DNA of 64,000 nucleotides, from assembly GCA_009914755.4 (NCBI GenBank), contig CP068257.2, forward strand, positions 8,544,001 to 8,608,000, written 5' to 3'. The notes beneath the pieces were generated by a model. That model did no database searches. It was given only the letters and a program-made list of their open reading frames with translations, and was not told the origin of the DNA. Numbering within the stretch: position 1 is the stretch's first letter; every line of letters starts with the position of its first letter. Made by a program: the position numbers and the translations under genes. This DNA is from the human T2T-CHM13v2.0 reference genome, Homo sapiens. Positions 43,173 to 56,200 of the stretch are shown piece by piece.

Positions 43173-46100
43173 ATAGTGTTCATGATGTTTAGGAATCACC
43201 AATTCTGGGGGTGCTGAATTGTGTCCCCCCAGATTCCTATGTTGAAGAGCTGATCCCCACTGCCTCAGAGGGACTGATTTAGAGAAGGCATTCAAAGAGG
43301 TAAGTGAGGTCAAATAAAGCCATATGGGTGGACCCTAAACCAATATGGCAGGTGTCCATCTAAAAAGAGATTGAGACACAGGCAACACAGCCTGAGGACA
43401 CAGCAAGAAGGGAGGCATCTGCAAGGCAGCAGTTCTCAGAAGAAGGCAAACCTGCTGACATTCCATCGTGGATTTCCAGTCTTCAGAGCTTGAGAAGATA
43501 AACCACTCAATCTGTGGCAGCTTGTGATGGAAGCCCCTAGCACTCTTATATGGTGACCTTAGCACAAGCAGTTTCATAGGCTTGATGAAAGTGAAAGCCA
43601 AACTGACCTGAATAAAGAGTGAAAGGAAAATGAGCAAAAGGAGATAGTAAGTGTGGAAAATACTTGAGAAAAATTTGCCAAGAAAGGAGGAGATGACTTG
43701 ATAGCTAGAAAGACACACAGAGTCAAAGTTAAGGTTCCTCCAAAATAGAATATATTTTAAATGAAAAATTTATATTTAAATGCTGACAGAATGCATCAAG
43801 AAGGAGAGAGACTGAAGATGCAGATGACAAATGGAAAAGCAATGAACAGAATCCCTGAAAAGTCAGGAAAAGAAGGGAGATTATTAGAGGGATGTCCTTT
43901 TACAGGAAGAGGAACAATTCCTCCACTGCCCCAGGATTTAAAAAGCTTATAAATTACAGGTAACATTCTACCTAATTATAGAGCTTTATGCTTTTCAATA
44001 AATTTTATTGTACATAATACAGTCACTCTGTGAATTCAGTGAGACAGATAGTTATCCACATTTTACATAAAAAGAAAGAAAAGGCAGAAAAGAAGTGATT
44101 TGCTTGAAGTAACACAGAAATAGCTGGTAGAACCATGTACTGTGTAGATGGCAGGGCTCCTGACTTCTCATTTCACACCAGAAATGTAGACAGAATTAGA
44201 TATAATGACAGTTATTATATTTTTAAACCTTTCAAATAAGAATATCCTTAGAATTTCATTCATTAACCAAGCTCAAAGCATGTGATTAGCATCTGAAAAT
44301 GTTTTATTATACAATCACTAGACAGCAAAAGAGGTTTCCGTTTTCCTGTGTATTTGAAAGAGTTCAACAGCCCTAAGTCACACAGTTGGAGGAAACTCAA
44401 ACAAGGGAAATTTCATTTGAAGTGATGAAATTAGCATGATGAAGTTTACAATACAAAGATTTTTGTTTCAAGACTCTGAGGTTTGGTAGGGAGGAAGGGG
44501 AAAGGCAGACGACACCAAATAAGACTGGTTGGAGAGGGGATGAGAAGCATCAATTAGAAAGCTCTTCAAATTCAAACGGACCATTCAAACCATCCTAGGA
44601 CTAGACTCCAATTGGGAAAAACTCTGAAGGAAATGATCTCCTACTCCCACGAGATGGCTAACGTGATTTAGGTAAAAAGCTTTTAGTTTTATGGCTGGGG
44701 AGGTAGCAATAAAGAAAATGAACCTCCTGCCAGTGATTCTTTTTCAAGCTCTGCCAATCCCTGTGTCTGGGGAAGCTATAAAGAATGTCCAGCCTCATGT
44801 CAAAAGAATTGCCACAGATCTCCAGCTCACCTGCATTCAAGCATTGAAACATCCCTAAGCCTGTTCCCAGGCCAGCCTGGAACTGAGAATCCAGGAGAGC
44901 CTTTTCTGTTCTGCTGTTGCAGCTACACTATCTACTTGTTAGCATAACCAGGGCCACCAGAAACACATGCTAGAGAAATACAGAGAGCAAAAATCAACAG
45001 CTGATGAAAAGCAGAATCTTTTCTTTTTGACAGCAATACCAATAGCATGAAGCACGTCCCTTTTGGAGCTTTCCAAACCAATTCAAAAGCGAGTTTTCTG
45101 GTGTGGATCAAGAAAGCTAGCCAAATTGCCCCTGAGAGCATAGCCACTGGCCAAGATATTGATGACTGTAGGCAGCTCAGGACGCATCCTCGGCCCCGGT
45201 GCTGTCTTTCTCAGAGCTCTGTTTAATTCCATCAGGCACAGGCAGCATTTGGAGAAAGCTGTGTTGATTTTTGTGATCTTCAGCCAGCACAGAAGTGGCC
45301 AGTTCCCTAGCTTCCCAGCACCGTCCTTCTCTTGCCCTGCCCCTTCATGGTCTCCCTGGGCTCACTGGACCCAGACTTGCCTTTCACCCCTGTCAAAACC
45401 TCACAGTCCTGTGTGTCTGTTTCCCTTTGAACTACACAAACTAACTAATTTGGTGAACCTATTAAGTGAACTTCTTTATACTCATGGTCTAGAGTGCATT
45501 GAACGCTAAAGGGTTTGCTAGAGGTTGTCAAAATCAATTCTGTCTTCTTCCAACTGGACCAAGGCTTCTTTGAGTTAATAAAACTCTGAGAAATCTGAGT
45601 GGATTTTTCATAGTATCTTTTTCTATTCATTTGGGGTTTTTTTTGTTTGTTTTTTACTTTTCATGGAGATTTTCCTTAATTTAACCCAAAAGATATACCC
45701 ATATGACATTTCAACTAATATGAAAGAGATAGTAGGACAAAGAATTTGAAGACAGTCTTTCAGAGCCCCACAAAGTACTTGAAATTTATCAATAAACCCC
45801 TCCCGGTGCTTCCCACCATGTTCCACATTCCATCTCCATTTTAAGCCATGAAGCTTCAAGTGGCATCTCCTCCTGTGAAACCTACAGTTTGGAGATAAAT
45901 TATTGATGACTAATGACTTAGAAGAACCAAAGAAAGGATCCTCTAGTGGAGACACAGCATGGAAATGGTGGTCCAGGGTGAGACGGAACTGCTTCCAATC
46001 CCAGTGCCACCTACGTGGTTCCAGCTGTGTGCTTCCCTTCCTCTAATCTTGTTTACTCGTCTCTAATACGGGACTAATAACATATACATCAGACTATTGT

Positions 46101-49100
46101 GAGGGTTGAATGTAACGATATTCCAAATTGTTGCATGTGTCCAGTACTTAACATAGTGCCAAGAACAAAACATGTATCAATAAGTATGAATAGCCTTCCC
46201 AGCGCACACCTCCAAACAATGGATTTCTGGCCGATGACAAGTAGTGGTTCCCAGCGGTCCTACAGGTTATGGTTTAACTTACCACTAGCCAATGAGTAAG
46301 TTTGCCTCAGACCACATCACAATTCTTTTGCAAGCCTGGAGCTTGGTGAAAAACAAGGGGGAAAATAATCAATGTCCCTAAGGCAGATGCTGAAAGATTA
46401 ACCTCATAACATAATTCTCTCACCAGACTTGTTTCCTGAATGTCTATTTAAATTTTAACTCTGCAAATAAAACAAAGTTGGTAATGAAGGTGATTAAGAT
46501 GGTATTTGTCCAGGGAACGAATCTCCTCACAACATACCTAAGAAAGAGATATATGTACAGAAAACGAAGCACAGTAAAATATCACTTCATTACTATCAGA
46601 GATTTTCCCCAAACACAGAGAAAGCTCTACAGAGCTGAGCTTAAGCCAGAACTCTGTTATTTGCTTGGCCTAATGCCAAAACAGGCCAGAGACCCCTTTC
46701 ACCTACTTCTCTTTAATCCCAAACCTATGTCTTGCTTTGATCTAAGAAAGAGCCAAATGCCCAGGAGGCACCACGATAGAGAAAAGCAGCCAGCCGGAGA
46801 GTGGCCTCCATGCCAGGGGACTGTGTCTGAGCTTTGTTTTATTTTTCTTATTTGTCTGTAGTTGTGTGATTGGTAGAAGAGAGTAGATATGAAGTCTACT
46901 GACACAGGATTGGTCTTCAGGCATGTCTTACCAAGCATTTGGGGGAACAGAGGGGTTCCACAAATAAGAGAGCAATGATCAGACTTTCTTCTAAAAGGAG
47001 CAGCCACAAGCTACCTTAACTCTCCAACTTGCCCATTAATCTTCACCTAGAGTTAGGAAGATTTCACCATTAGCTGTGGCCCATAAAAGATCCTTAAGCT
47101 TGACCAACCACAGAGGTCCATCTCCTTGAGGAGGAAGTGAAAGGGGTATGGACAGAAGCTGTGAGCTTTCTGTCCTCCGCAGGCCGCCAGCTGTGTCTTC
47201 TACTTATTGTACAAGATAGTCTCTAAATGATGTTTTCTGGCTGACAATGCCACAGAACTGATCCTTATCTCACTATGGATATGAAAGATTTAAAAGAATT
47301 TGTTGCCTGAAATATGGTGCCCTAATCACATATTAATAAAGCTGCTATCCAGAAAGAAGGCAGATTTCAAAAGAAATGTTGTTAGCATTCTCAGGGACCT
47401 AAAAAGTACATATTGTAGAACAACGGTAAACAGATCTTGGAATCCGGTAGACTTTAATTCAAACCCCAGCTATGCCACTTATTAACTTATGTGACATTGA
47501 GAAAGCCTCTCAAATTTAGATTTGCAAAATCAGAATAATGTAAGTAGCCAACAAATAGGGTTTAACGGAGGTAATAATGAAGGTTATTAAGATGATAAAA
47601 TTAAACAGTGAATATAAAGTCCTTAGCATTTAATAAATTTATTATATGATTTCAAAGCACATGCTTTTACCTACAGTGCTATAAAACTGCTTGCAATAGT
47701 CAAAGTTAATAGAAGCTCTCGTCAGAGCTAATAGAAGCCTTGTATATGTAATTATTTAAGAATTCTGTAAATATACACAATAGGGTAGGAACGAGAAAAT
47801 CTTTAGAGGAAATATTCAAGTATGTTTGATTTCTAGCAAATCCAGATAGACAGTTTTGGCAACAACCAAGTCATAATTTTAAGTCTTGTTATAGGAGCTA
47901 GAATTTTATTCAAGGGACAACTGATTTGATTAGATTAGATGCTGTGCACTGCATGTTTCCTTCAACAAATGCACAAGTTGAAACTCTAACAATAGAATGG
48001 CATTAGAAGGAGGACCTTTGGGAAGTAATTTGGTTTTGATGAGGATGGAGTTCTCACAATGGGGTTAGCATCCTAATAAGAAGAGTAGGAGACTAGAGCC
48101 CTCTTCTCTCAGCCATGTGAAGATACAACAAGAACACCTGCAAACCAGTAAGAGGGCCTTCACCAGACACTGGCTCTGCTGGCCCAGATTTTAATCTTTG
48201 AATTCCCACAACTGTGAGAAACAAGTATATGCTGTTTAAGCCACTCAGTCTACAGTTGTTTGTAGCAGCAGCCTGAGCAGACAAAGACATAGGGTTCCTT
48301 TTATTTTCAGAATTCGGTTTAGCTGTAATCACCTACCATCCTGAGATGCAGTTTCCTCCCTTGAAATATAAGCTCTGGGACTATAGCCTCATGGACAAAT
48401 TCTGAAGAATTTGTCTCTGCTCTTGTGGGATGCTAACCTAACCAATCAAGGAATGTTTGCTCAATGGAATGAAACATCTTAATGCAGCTCGCCAGCCCAT
48501 ATCTGCAAAGCACACCTCATGGGTTCTGGCTGGCTTGGATTTCTGAGACTACTTCATCCTACTCATCAAACTGTGGACTCAGATTCAGCCAGGAGGCCCA
48601 GATTCTAGCGTCAGTTTTGCCCTTGGGATACAAATGCACATCCTGCTTCACTGAACATGAAACCCTGAATATTTGGCCATTACTCTGGCAATTGTCCTCT
48701 CTCCCTGTGCCAATTGCCAATCAACCCAACTCCCAGGCAGCTTTGGCAGTTATGTCTGCTTGGCCTGCTGTAGCAGCCAATGACTTAGTAAAAGTCAGAA
48801 CATAGATCTGCTAGCTCCCAGTCCAGGATTTCCCCATAACTCGTCCATGTTTATATTAAACAACTAGGTTTGCTTTCAAAATTCTTTTTCATTTAGCCTC
48901 TTCTTAGAACTTCTCATTTTGAGAATCCTGACCTGTCAATATTCCATAACCTTTCTGAAAGTGACACAGCAAATACGATGTATGCACACTGCTAACTGCA
49001 GCTGATTTCATTTTCCAACATCTATAAAGCACATTAGGTAATTTCTAAACCAGCAGCAAAATCTATTTATAAAGAATGCTGATTTGTTTTCTGCATTTTC

Positions 49101-49660
49101 CAACACAGAGCTTCAATTTATTTCCTTACCATAAAAAAACATTACTTTTTAAAACAATCATAGTTAGTATATTTTATAAATGCTTTAATTTTTGTAAAGT
49201 CCAACTTGCAAATTGGAGTGTAAATAGCTTTCTTAAAATGGAAGGAACCGTGTTAGACCCAGTATGCAGGATTGATTATTTCACTGTGCTTCAAAGCAGA
49301 CGATTTCACAGACATTGGGTATATAATGTAATGAGTTTTTATAAAGCAATTGATATTATTAAAAATATAATTATAATAAATAAAATTATAGGGAAAAGGA
49401 AATCTTCATTCTGACAATGCTAAATTTTTTAACTAACTCACTGGTAAAAGATTATGTTTCTACATGAAAAATTTTACACATTCTTTCTATGAAATAAACC
49501 TGATAACACCTTGAAAACTTCATAGTTATGGAAAAGGAACTACTGTGATTTTTTTTTAGAGAATGTCATGTTCTTGATGTTCTTGAGTGAGCTGTCTCAT
49601 GTTATTAGAAAGGAAACAGCAGCACCTTGTGGACAAACAAAGAAAGTGAATGAATTTTTA

Positions 49661-49950
49661 GGACCCGGTGCGGTGGTTCAGGCCTGTAATCCCAGCACTT
49701 TGGGAGACTTGGGTGGAGGGTAACTTGAGCCCAAGAGTTCAAGACCAGCCTAGGCAACACAGTGACACGCCGATCTTTACCAAAAATTGAAAAATTTGCT
49801 GGGCTTGGTGGCTCATACCTCAGGTCCCAGCTTCTTGTAAGGCTGAGGTGGGAGGATCGCTTAAGCCCAGGAGGTCAAGGCTGCAGTGACTGTGATCATA
49901 CCACTGCATTCCAGCCTGGGTGACACAGCAAGACCCTATTTCAAAAAAGG
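49661..49950 (+). mobile_element. Alu SINE (+), diverged
   Basis: 'ggacccggtgcggtggttcaggcctgtaatcccagcactttgggagacttgggtggagggtaacttgagcccaagagttcaagaccagcctaggcaacacagtgacacgccgatctttaccaaaaattgaaaaatttgctgggcttggtggctcatacctcaggtcccagcttcttgtaaggctgaggtgggaggatcgcttaagcccaggaggtcaaggctgcagtgactgtgatcataccactgcattccagcctgggtgacacagcaagaccctatttcaaaaaagg'. Confidence 0.9.
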
Positions 49951-50011
49951 TATATTTATGTGGCACTTTCTACAAGGAATATAGTATCATGTTTGTATTT
50001 AAATGACATCA

Positions 50012-50322
50012 GGACCAGCATGGTGGCTTACACATGTAATCTCAGCTCCTCAGATGGTGGAAGGCAGGAGGATTGCTTGAGGCCAGGAGTTGGAAGACCA
50101 GCCTGGGCAGCATAATGAAACCCCCATTTCTACAAAAATAATAATAGTAATCAAAAGCTAGGCGTGCTGGCACACACCTGCAGACCTAGCTGCTGTGGAG
50201 GCTGAGTGGAAGGATAACATTGAGCTCAGGAGTTTGATTGTATTGTGTATTGTGAGGTACGATCTAGCCACTCCACTCCAGACAACACGGCAAGACCCAG
50301 TCTCTAAACAAAATAAAGGGAC
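50012..50322 (+). mobile_element. Alu SINE (+), old AluJ-like, 60 bp downstream of the previous Alu
   Basis: 'ggaccagcatggtggcttacacatgtaatctcagctcctcagatggtggaaggcaggaggattgcttgaggccaggagttggaagaccagcctgggcagcataatgaaacccccatttctacaaaaataataatagtaatcaaaagctaggcgtgctggcacacacctgcagacctagctgctgtggaggctgagtggaaggataacattgagctcaggagtttgattgtattgtg...ccactccactccagacaacacggcaagacccagtctctaaacaaaataaaggg'. Confidence 0.85.
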
Positions 50323-51559
50323 ATCAGAGTATTGTTTATAGAGATTTGTAAATGATCCCAAAATGTCTTCAGAGAGATAAATCATCTAAGTATAGCTATA
50401 TCGACTCTTCCTAAATTCTAAATTTGTGTGGGAACAATAAATGAGATAGAAGACTTCTTGAAATGTATCAAGACTCAGAAAGACAAAACAAAAACTTTCA
50501 TTAGGCAGTATCAAGAATGTTCATTAATGCTATTTCTAATTTATGATACGATCATCTAAAGAGGAAATCCCAGCAACAAGGGGCCAAAGGAAAGGGAAAA
50601 GAAATGAAAACAAGGACCATACTTTCTCCACATCCAACCTCTTCTCTACCACCTCTCAGCAAGACCTCCCACACCCAATCACTGCTTTTTCTTGCGGACT
50701 TACCCTCTACTCTGTGAACACATGAGCCAGAGAACCCTGAGAAGTCCCTGAGTCCCTTCCAGGGGCTCTGCAAGGTCAAAAGTCTTTTCATAAAAATACA
50801 CAGGTTTTGTTTACCTTTTCCACTTTCCTTGTCTCTCAAGTATAATTGGAGTTTCCCAGAAGCTACCTGACATGTGATGTCAAAAGAAATTAAATGTAGA
50901 AGTAGAAAGGAGAACAAGTTTTCTTCTATTAAACCAGACATTAAAGACATACCTAAAAATATAAAACAATGTCACTGTTCTCACAAACTTTATTGCTTAA
51001 AAATGATAATTTTAAATAAAAATGTGATTTATGTAAACATATAAGTATATATTTTTTAATTTCTCAGTTTTAATGTTTACTATGATAAATATAGATAGAC
51101 ATAATCCAAATAAATAAAAGCTCTTTGGGGTCCTCAATAACTTTTAAAAATGTAAAGTGTTCCTGACACCAAAAATTTGAGGACTGATGAGCTAAATCTC
51201 ATACCCTTTGTTGTAGCTTCCACCCAGGTCATTTCTTAAATACTTGATCAATAATTTCCCCATGTCCCTCACCCTATCCTTGTTGCAAAATTCCATTTTC
51301 CTACTCCAGCCCTCCCTGTCATGGGAAAGTTCCCAGGTTGTAGACATGATTTACTAAATCTTTCTTAACAGCTTTATCATGATAACATGACATATACAAA
51401 TTGTGTAAATTTAAGGTAACTTAATGTTTTGATATTTCTATACTTTTTGAAACGATCACCACAATCAAGCAAATTAGCATATTATCTCTACATATTTACC
51501 ATTGTGTGTGTGTTGACAGTAATTAATTTATGATCTAGTCCTTTAGCAGAACACAAGAA

Positions 51560-54500
51560 TATGATACAGTGTTGTTCCACGTTGTACATTATATCTCCAG
51601 AAATTATTATAACTTGAACATTGCACAATTTAATTAACATCACCCCATTTCCCCTCCCTGAGCCCCTGGCAACCACTGTCTTATTCTCTGTTTTTATAAA
51701 TTTGACTGTCGTAGATTCCACATGTAAGTGAGATCATGAAGTATTTGTCTCTGTGTCTTGCATTTTTGCTTGGCGCAATATCTTCCAGCTCCATCCATGT
51801 TTTCACAAATAGAAGGATTTCCTTCTTTTTTAAGGGTGTATAATATTTCATTTTATGTATACACGTCACATTTTCTTTACCCATTCATCTGTTCCTCTGA
51901 CAAAGGACCTTTAGGTTATTTTCCTATTTTGGTCATTGTGTGTCATGCCGCAATGAACAGAGGATGACAGACACCTCTCTAAGACTCTTATGTCAATTTC
52001 ACTGGACATATATCCAGAAGTGAAATTGTTGCATTATGTGGTAGTTCTTTTTTTCATTTTTGAAACCAGGTCTCACTCTGCTATCCTGGGTAAAGTCCAG
52101 TGGCAAGATCATAGCTCACTGCAGCCTTGATCTCCTGGGCTCAAGCGATCCTCCTACCTCAGCCTCCTGAGTAGCTGGGACTACAGGTGTACAACACCAT
52201 GTCTGGCTAATTTTATTTCTGAGATGGCGTCTTGCTATGTTACCCAGGCTGGTCTGGAGCTCCTGGCCTCCTGCCTTGGCTTCCCCAAATCCTGGGATTA
52301 CAGGTGTGAGCCATCACACCAGGCCAGTGCTATTTTCAATTTTTTTTGGAGGAACCTCAATACTGTTTTCTGTGTTTTACTAATTTGCATTCCCATCAAT
52401 AGTGTATAATGGTTTCCTTTTCTTCACATTCTTACCAACACTTATCTTTTCTCTTTTTGATAATAGCCATTTTAACAGGTGTGACTTGATATCTCATTGT
52501 GGTTTTGATTTGCATTACTCTGAAGTTTAGAGATGTTGAGCACATTTTCTTATACCTATTAGCCATTTGAATTTCTTCTTTGGAGATGTATTTATTTAGG
52601 TTCTTTGCCTTAAAATAAAATTAGGTTATTCATAATTTTGGAATTGATGTGTATGTATCCTTCTTATTTTTTGAACTCCTTATAAGAGATATGGTTTACA
52701 AACATTTTCCCCATTTCATAGGTTGCCTTATCATTTCATTAGTTGTTTTCTTTGCTGTGCAAAAGCATTTTAATTCGATGTATTTCATTTTTCTATTTTG
52801 CCTTTGTTGTCTGTGCTTTTGGCATCATATCTAAACAAATTATTGCCAAGACCAATGTCAAGAATGTTTTCTCCTGTCTTCTTCCAGGAGTTTTGTTTCA
52901 GTGATTACATTTAAACGTTTAATCCATTTTGAGTTAATTTTTACATAAGGCGTGAGCTAGGGATCCGATTTCATTCTTTTACATGTAGACATCCAGCTTT
53001 CCTAACACCATTTGGTCAAGAGCATATCCTCTGCATATAGTGTCTCCTTGTCACCTTCCAGGGTGATCAATTGCTGCAAATGTGTGGGTTATGCCTAGGT
53101 TCTCTATTTTGTTTCACTGGTTTATGTGTCTGTTTTTATGACAATACCACAGTGTTTTTCTTTCTACAGCTTTGTAATTTAATCTGAAGTCAGGAAGTGT
53201 GATACCTGTAGCTTTGTTCTTGCTCAAAGTAGCTTCAGCCACTCAGGGATTTTTGTGATTCTATAAGAATTTTGGGATTTTTTTTCTATTTCTGTGAGAG
53301 ATACCATTGGGATTTTGATATGGATTACATTAAATGTGTAGATTGCTTTGAGTAATATGGACACTTTAATAATACTTTACTAACTCTTTCAATCCATGGG
53401 TTGTCTTTCAATTTACTTTGGTTTAAATTTCTGTCATCAATATTTTATAATTTGTAGTGTTTAAGTCTTTCACTTCTTTGGTTAGTTAGTTCCAAAGTAG
53501 TTTATTTGATACTGTTTTTTAAATTTCCCTTTCAGACAATTCATTGTTAGTGTTTAGAAATAGCAGTGATTTTTGTATGTCAATTGTGTATCCTACAACT
53601 TTAGTAAATTTATTATATAGTCAGTCCTTCATATCAATGGGTTCTGCAACCATGAACTCAATCAACCAAGAACTTAACTTGTACATAATTTCCATCTGTG
53701 GTGGTTTGAATCCACAGATGTTGACCCATGGATACATAGGGCCAGCTGTACACGATTTTATGTGAGGGAATTGATCATCACAGATTTTGTTATCTGAGGG
53801 GTTCCTGAAACAAATCCCCAGCAGATATGAAAGGCTGACTATTATTTCTAACCATTTTCTGTGGAGTCTTTAGAGTTTTCAATGTATAATAATCATGTCT
53901 TCTGTTAACAGAGGTATCTACATCTTTCCTTTCAATTTTGATGCCTTTTATTTCTCTTGCCTGATTGCTCTGGCTAGGACTTCCAGTACTATGGTGAATA
54001 GGAGTGATGAGAATAGACATCCTTGTCTTGTTCCAGATATTAAACAAAAAGCTTTCAGTTTTTCCCCATTGATTATAATATTAGATATAGGTTTTTCATA
54101 TACAGCCTTTATAGTGTTGAAGTAAGTTTCTTGTATACTTATTTTGCTGAGAGTTTTATCATGAAAGTATATTGAATTTTGTCAAATGTGTTTTCTGCAT
54201 CTATTGGAATGTTATTTTTGTCTTTCATTCTGTTAATGTGGTATATCACATTATTAATTTTTACACATTGAAACATCCTTGTAACCCATAGATAAATTAC
54301 AATTGGTCATGGTGTATGACCTTTTCAATGTGCTTTTGAATTCAGTTTGCTAGTTTGTATTTTATTGAGAATTTTTGCATCTATATTCATTAAGGATACT
54401 GGTCTGTAATTATTTTTTCTTGTGTTGTCTTCGTCTAGCTTTTAAGTCATGGTAACATTGGCCTCATGAAATGAGTTTGAGAGTATTCTCTCTTCTATTT

Positions 54501-56200
54501 TTTCTGAAAAGTTTTAGAAATTTTGGTATTAGTTCTTCTTTGAATATTTGGTAGAAGTTGCCCATGAAAACATCTGCACCTGGGCTTTTCTTTGTTGGGA
54601 ATTTTTGATTACTGGTTAAATCTCTTTGCTTGCTTTTGGTCTGCTCTATTTATTTTTTGTTCCACCTTGGTAGATTACATATTTCTAAGAATTTATCCAT
54701 TTCTTCTAGGTTATCCAATTTATTGGCATATAATTGCTTAATTGTCCTTTATAATCATTTGTATTCCTGTACATTTGATATAATGTCTCCATTTTCATTC
54801 CTGATTATATTTACTTGAGTTTCTCTTTTTTTCTTAGTGTAGCTAAGGGTTTGTTATTTTTGTTTGTATTACCAAAAATTCAACTCTAGCTTTGTTGATT
54901 TTTCTATTGTTTTTTATTTTATAGTTATTTTATTTATATTCTAATCTTTATTATTTAATTCATTATGCCAACTTTGGGTTTAGTTAGTTTTTCTTTTTCT
55001 AATTGTTTATTTGTAAAGTTAGGTTGTTCGAGTGAGATCTTTCTTATTTTTTAATGTAGTTATTTATCACTGTAACATTTCTCCCTTAGCACTTCTTTTG
55101 CTGCATCCTGTAGTTTTGTTGAGTTGTATGTTCATTTTTGTTTGTCTCAAGATATTTTTAAAATTCCCTTTTGATTTCTTCTTTTACCCAATGGTGGTTC
55201 AAGAGTGTGTTGTTTAGTTTCTGCATTTTTGTAAATGTTTCTGTTTTCTTTGTTATTGACTTCTAATTTTATTCCATTGTGGTCTGAGAAGATACTTGGC
55301 ATTATATTAAACTTCTTAAATTTGTAGGATGCCTTGTGACCTAAGATTGATCTATCTCAGAGAATATTCTGAGTGCACTTGAGAAAAATGTATATTCTGC
55401 TGCTGTTGGATGGAAAGTTCTGTATATGTCAGTGTTGAATCTACAGTGTTGTTCAAGTCAGCTGTTTCCTCTTTTTTTATTCCTGCCTAGATGTTCTATC
55501 TATTATTGAATTTGGGGTACTGAAGTTGGCTACTATTATTTTAGTGTTACTGATTTCTCCCCTTAGCTTTGCTGATATTAACTTTATATATTTAGGTGTT
55601 CTAATGTTGACTGGATATATATTTACAATCTTCCCTTTGAACTGAACTTTTATCATTATATAGTGACCTTCTTAGTCTCTAATGACAGTTTTTTATTTCA
55701 AGTCTATTTTTTCTGATCTAAGTATAGATACCCTTGCTCTTTTTTGGTTACCATTTGCGTAGAGTATTTTTTCCCATCCCTTCACTTTCAGCCTCTATGT
55801 ATCTTTATATCTAAAGTGACTCCCTTATAAATATGTACTGATGAGTATCTTTTATGCATTGTGCCACTCTATGTCTTTTAATTAGATAGTTTAATCCTTT
55901 CACATTTAAAGTCATTGTTGATAGGTAAGGAGTAACTTGCATTTTGTTAATTGTTTTTCATATGTTTTGCAGTTCTTTTTTTTTTTTTCCTCTCTTGCTG
56001 TCTTCTTAGTTTTGGTTATTTCTTGTAGTGGTTTGGTTTCATTTATTTTTCTTCACATTTTGTGCATCTCCTATAAGTTTTGAATTTGTGGTTGCAAATG
56101 TACATCTTCTATAGAAAGCTGTATTAATGTTATCAGCTTTTTTGGAATCATTCTCTTTCTCTTCCCTCTTCAGACATATACGCAAATACTCTGTTTTTCA
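51560..56200 (-). mobile_element. L1M-type LINE-1 (antisense), ~4.6 kb from 3'UTR into ORF2/ORF1-ward sequence, interrupted by an Alu at 52048-52326
   Basis: Antisense L1M hallmark blocks: 'cccatttcccctccctgagcccctggcaaccactgtcttattctctgtttttataaatttgactgtcgtagattccacatgtaagtgagatcatgaagtatttgtctc', then 'cccatcaatagtgtataatggtttccttttcttcacattcttaccaacacttatcttttctctttttgataatagccattttaacaggtgtgacttgatatctcattgtggttttgatttgcattactctgaag', and the RT-region reverse complement 'tctcttgcctgattgctctggctaggacttccagtactatggtgaataggagtgatgagaatagacatccttgtcttgttccag'. Confidence 0.8.
52048..52326 (-). mobile_element. Alu SINE (antisense) inserted in the L1M
   Basis: 'tttttttcatttttgaaaccaggtctcactctgctatcctgggtaaagtccagtggcaagatcatagctcactgcagccttgatctcctgggctcaagcgatcctcctacctcagcctcctgagtagctgggactacaggtgtacaacaccatgtctggctaattttatttctgagatggcgtcttgctatgttacccaggctggtctggagctcctggcctcctgccttggcttccccaaatcctgggattacaggtgtgagccatcacaccaggcc'. 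Confidence 0.9.

Noticed and set aside
42698-43313. 161-aa and 96-aa minus-strand ORFs (FLSFFLSFFLS...)
   Set aside because: Pure translation of the (GGAA)n/(GAAA)n microsatellite complement. Low-complexity, no start or stop context of a gene.
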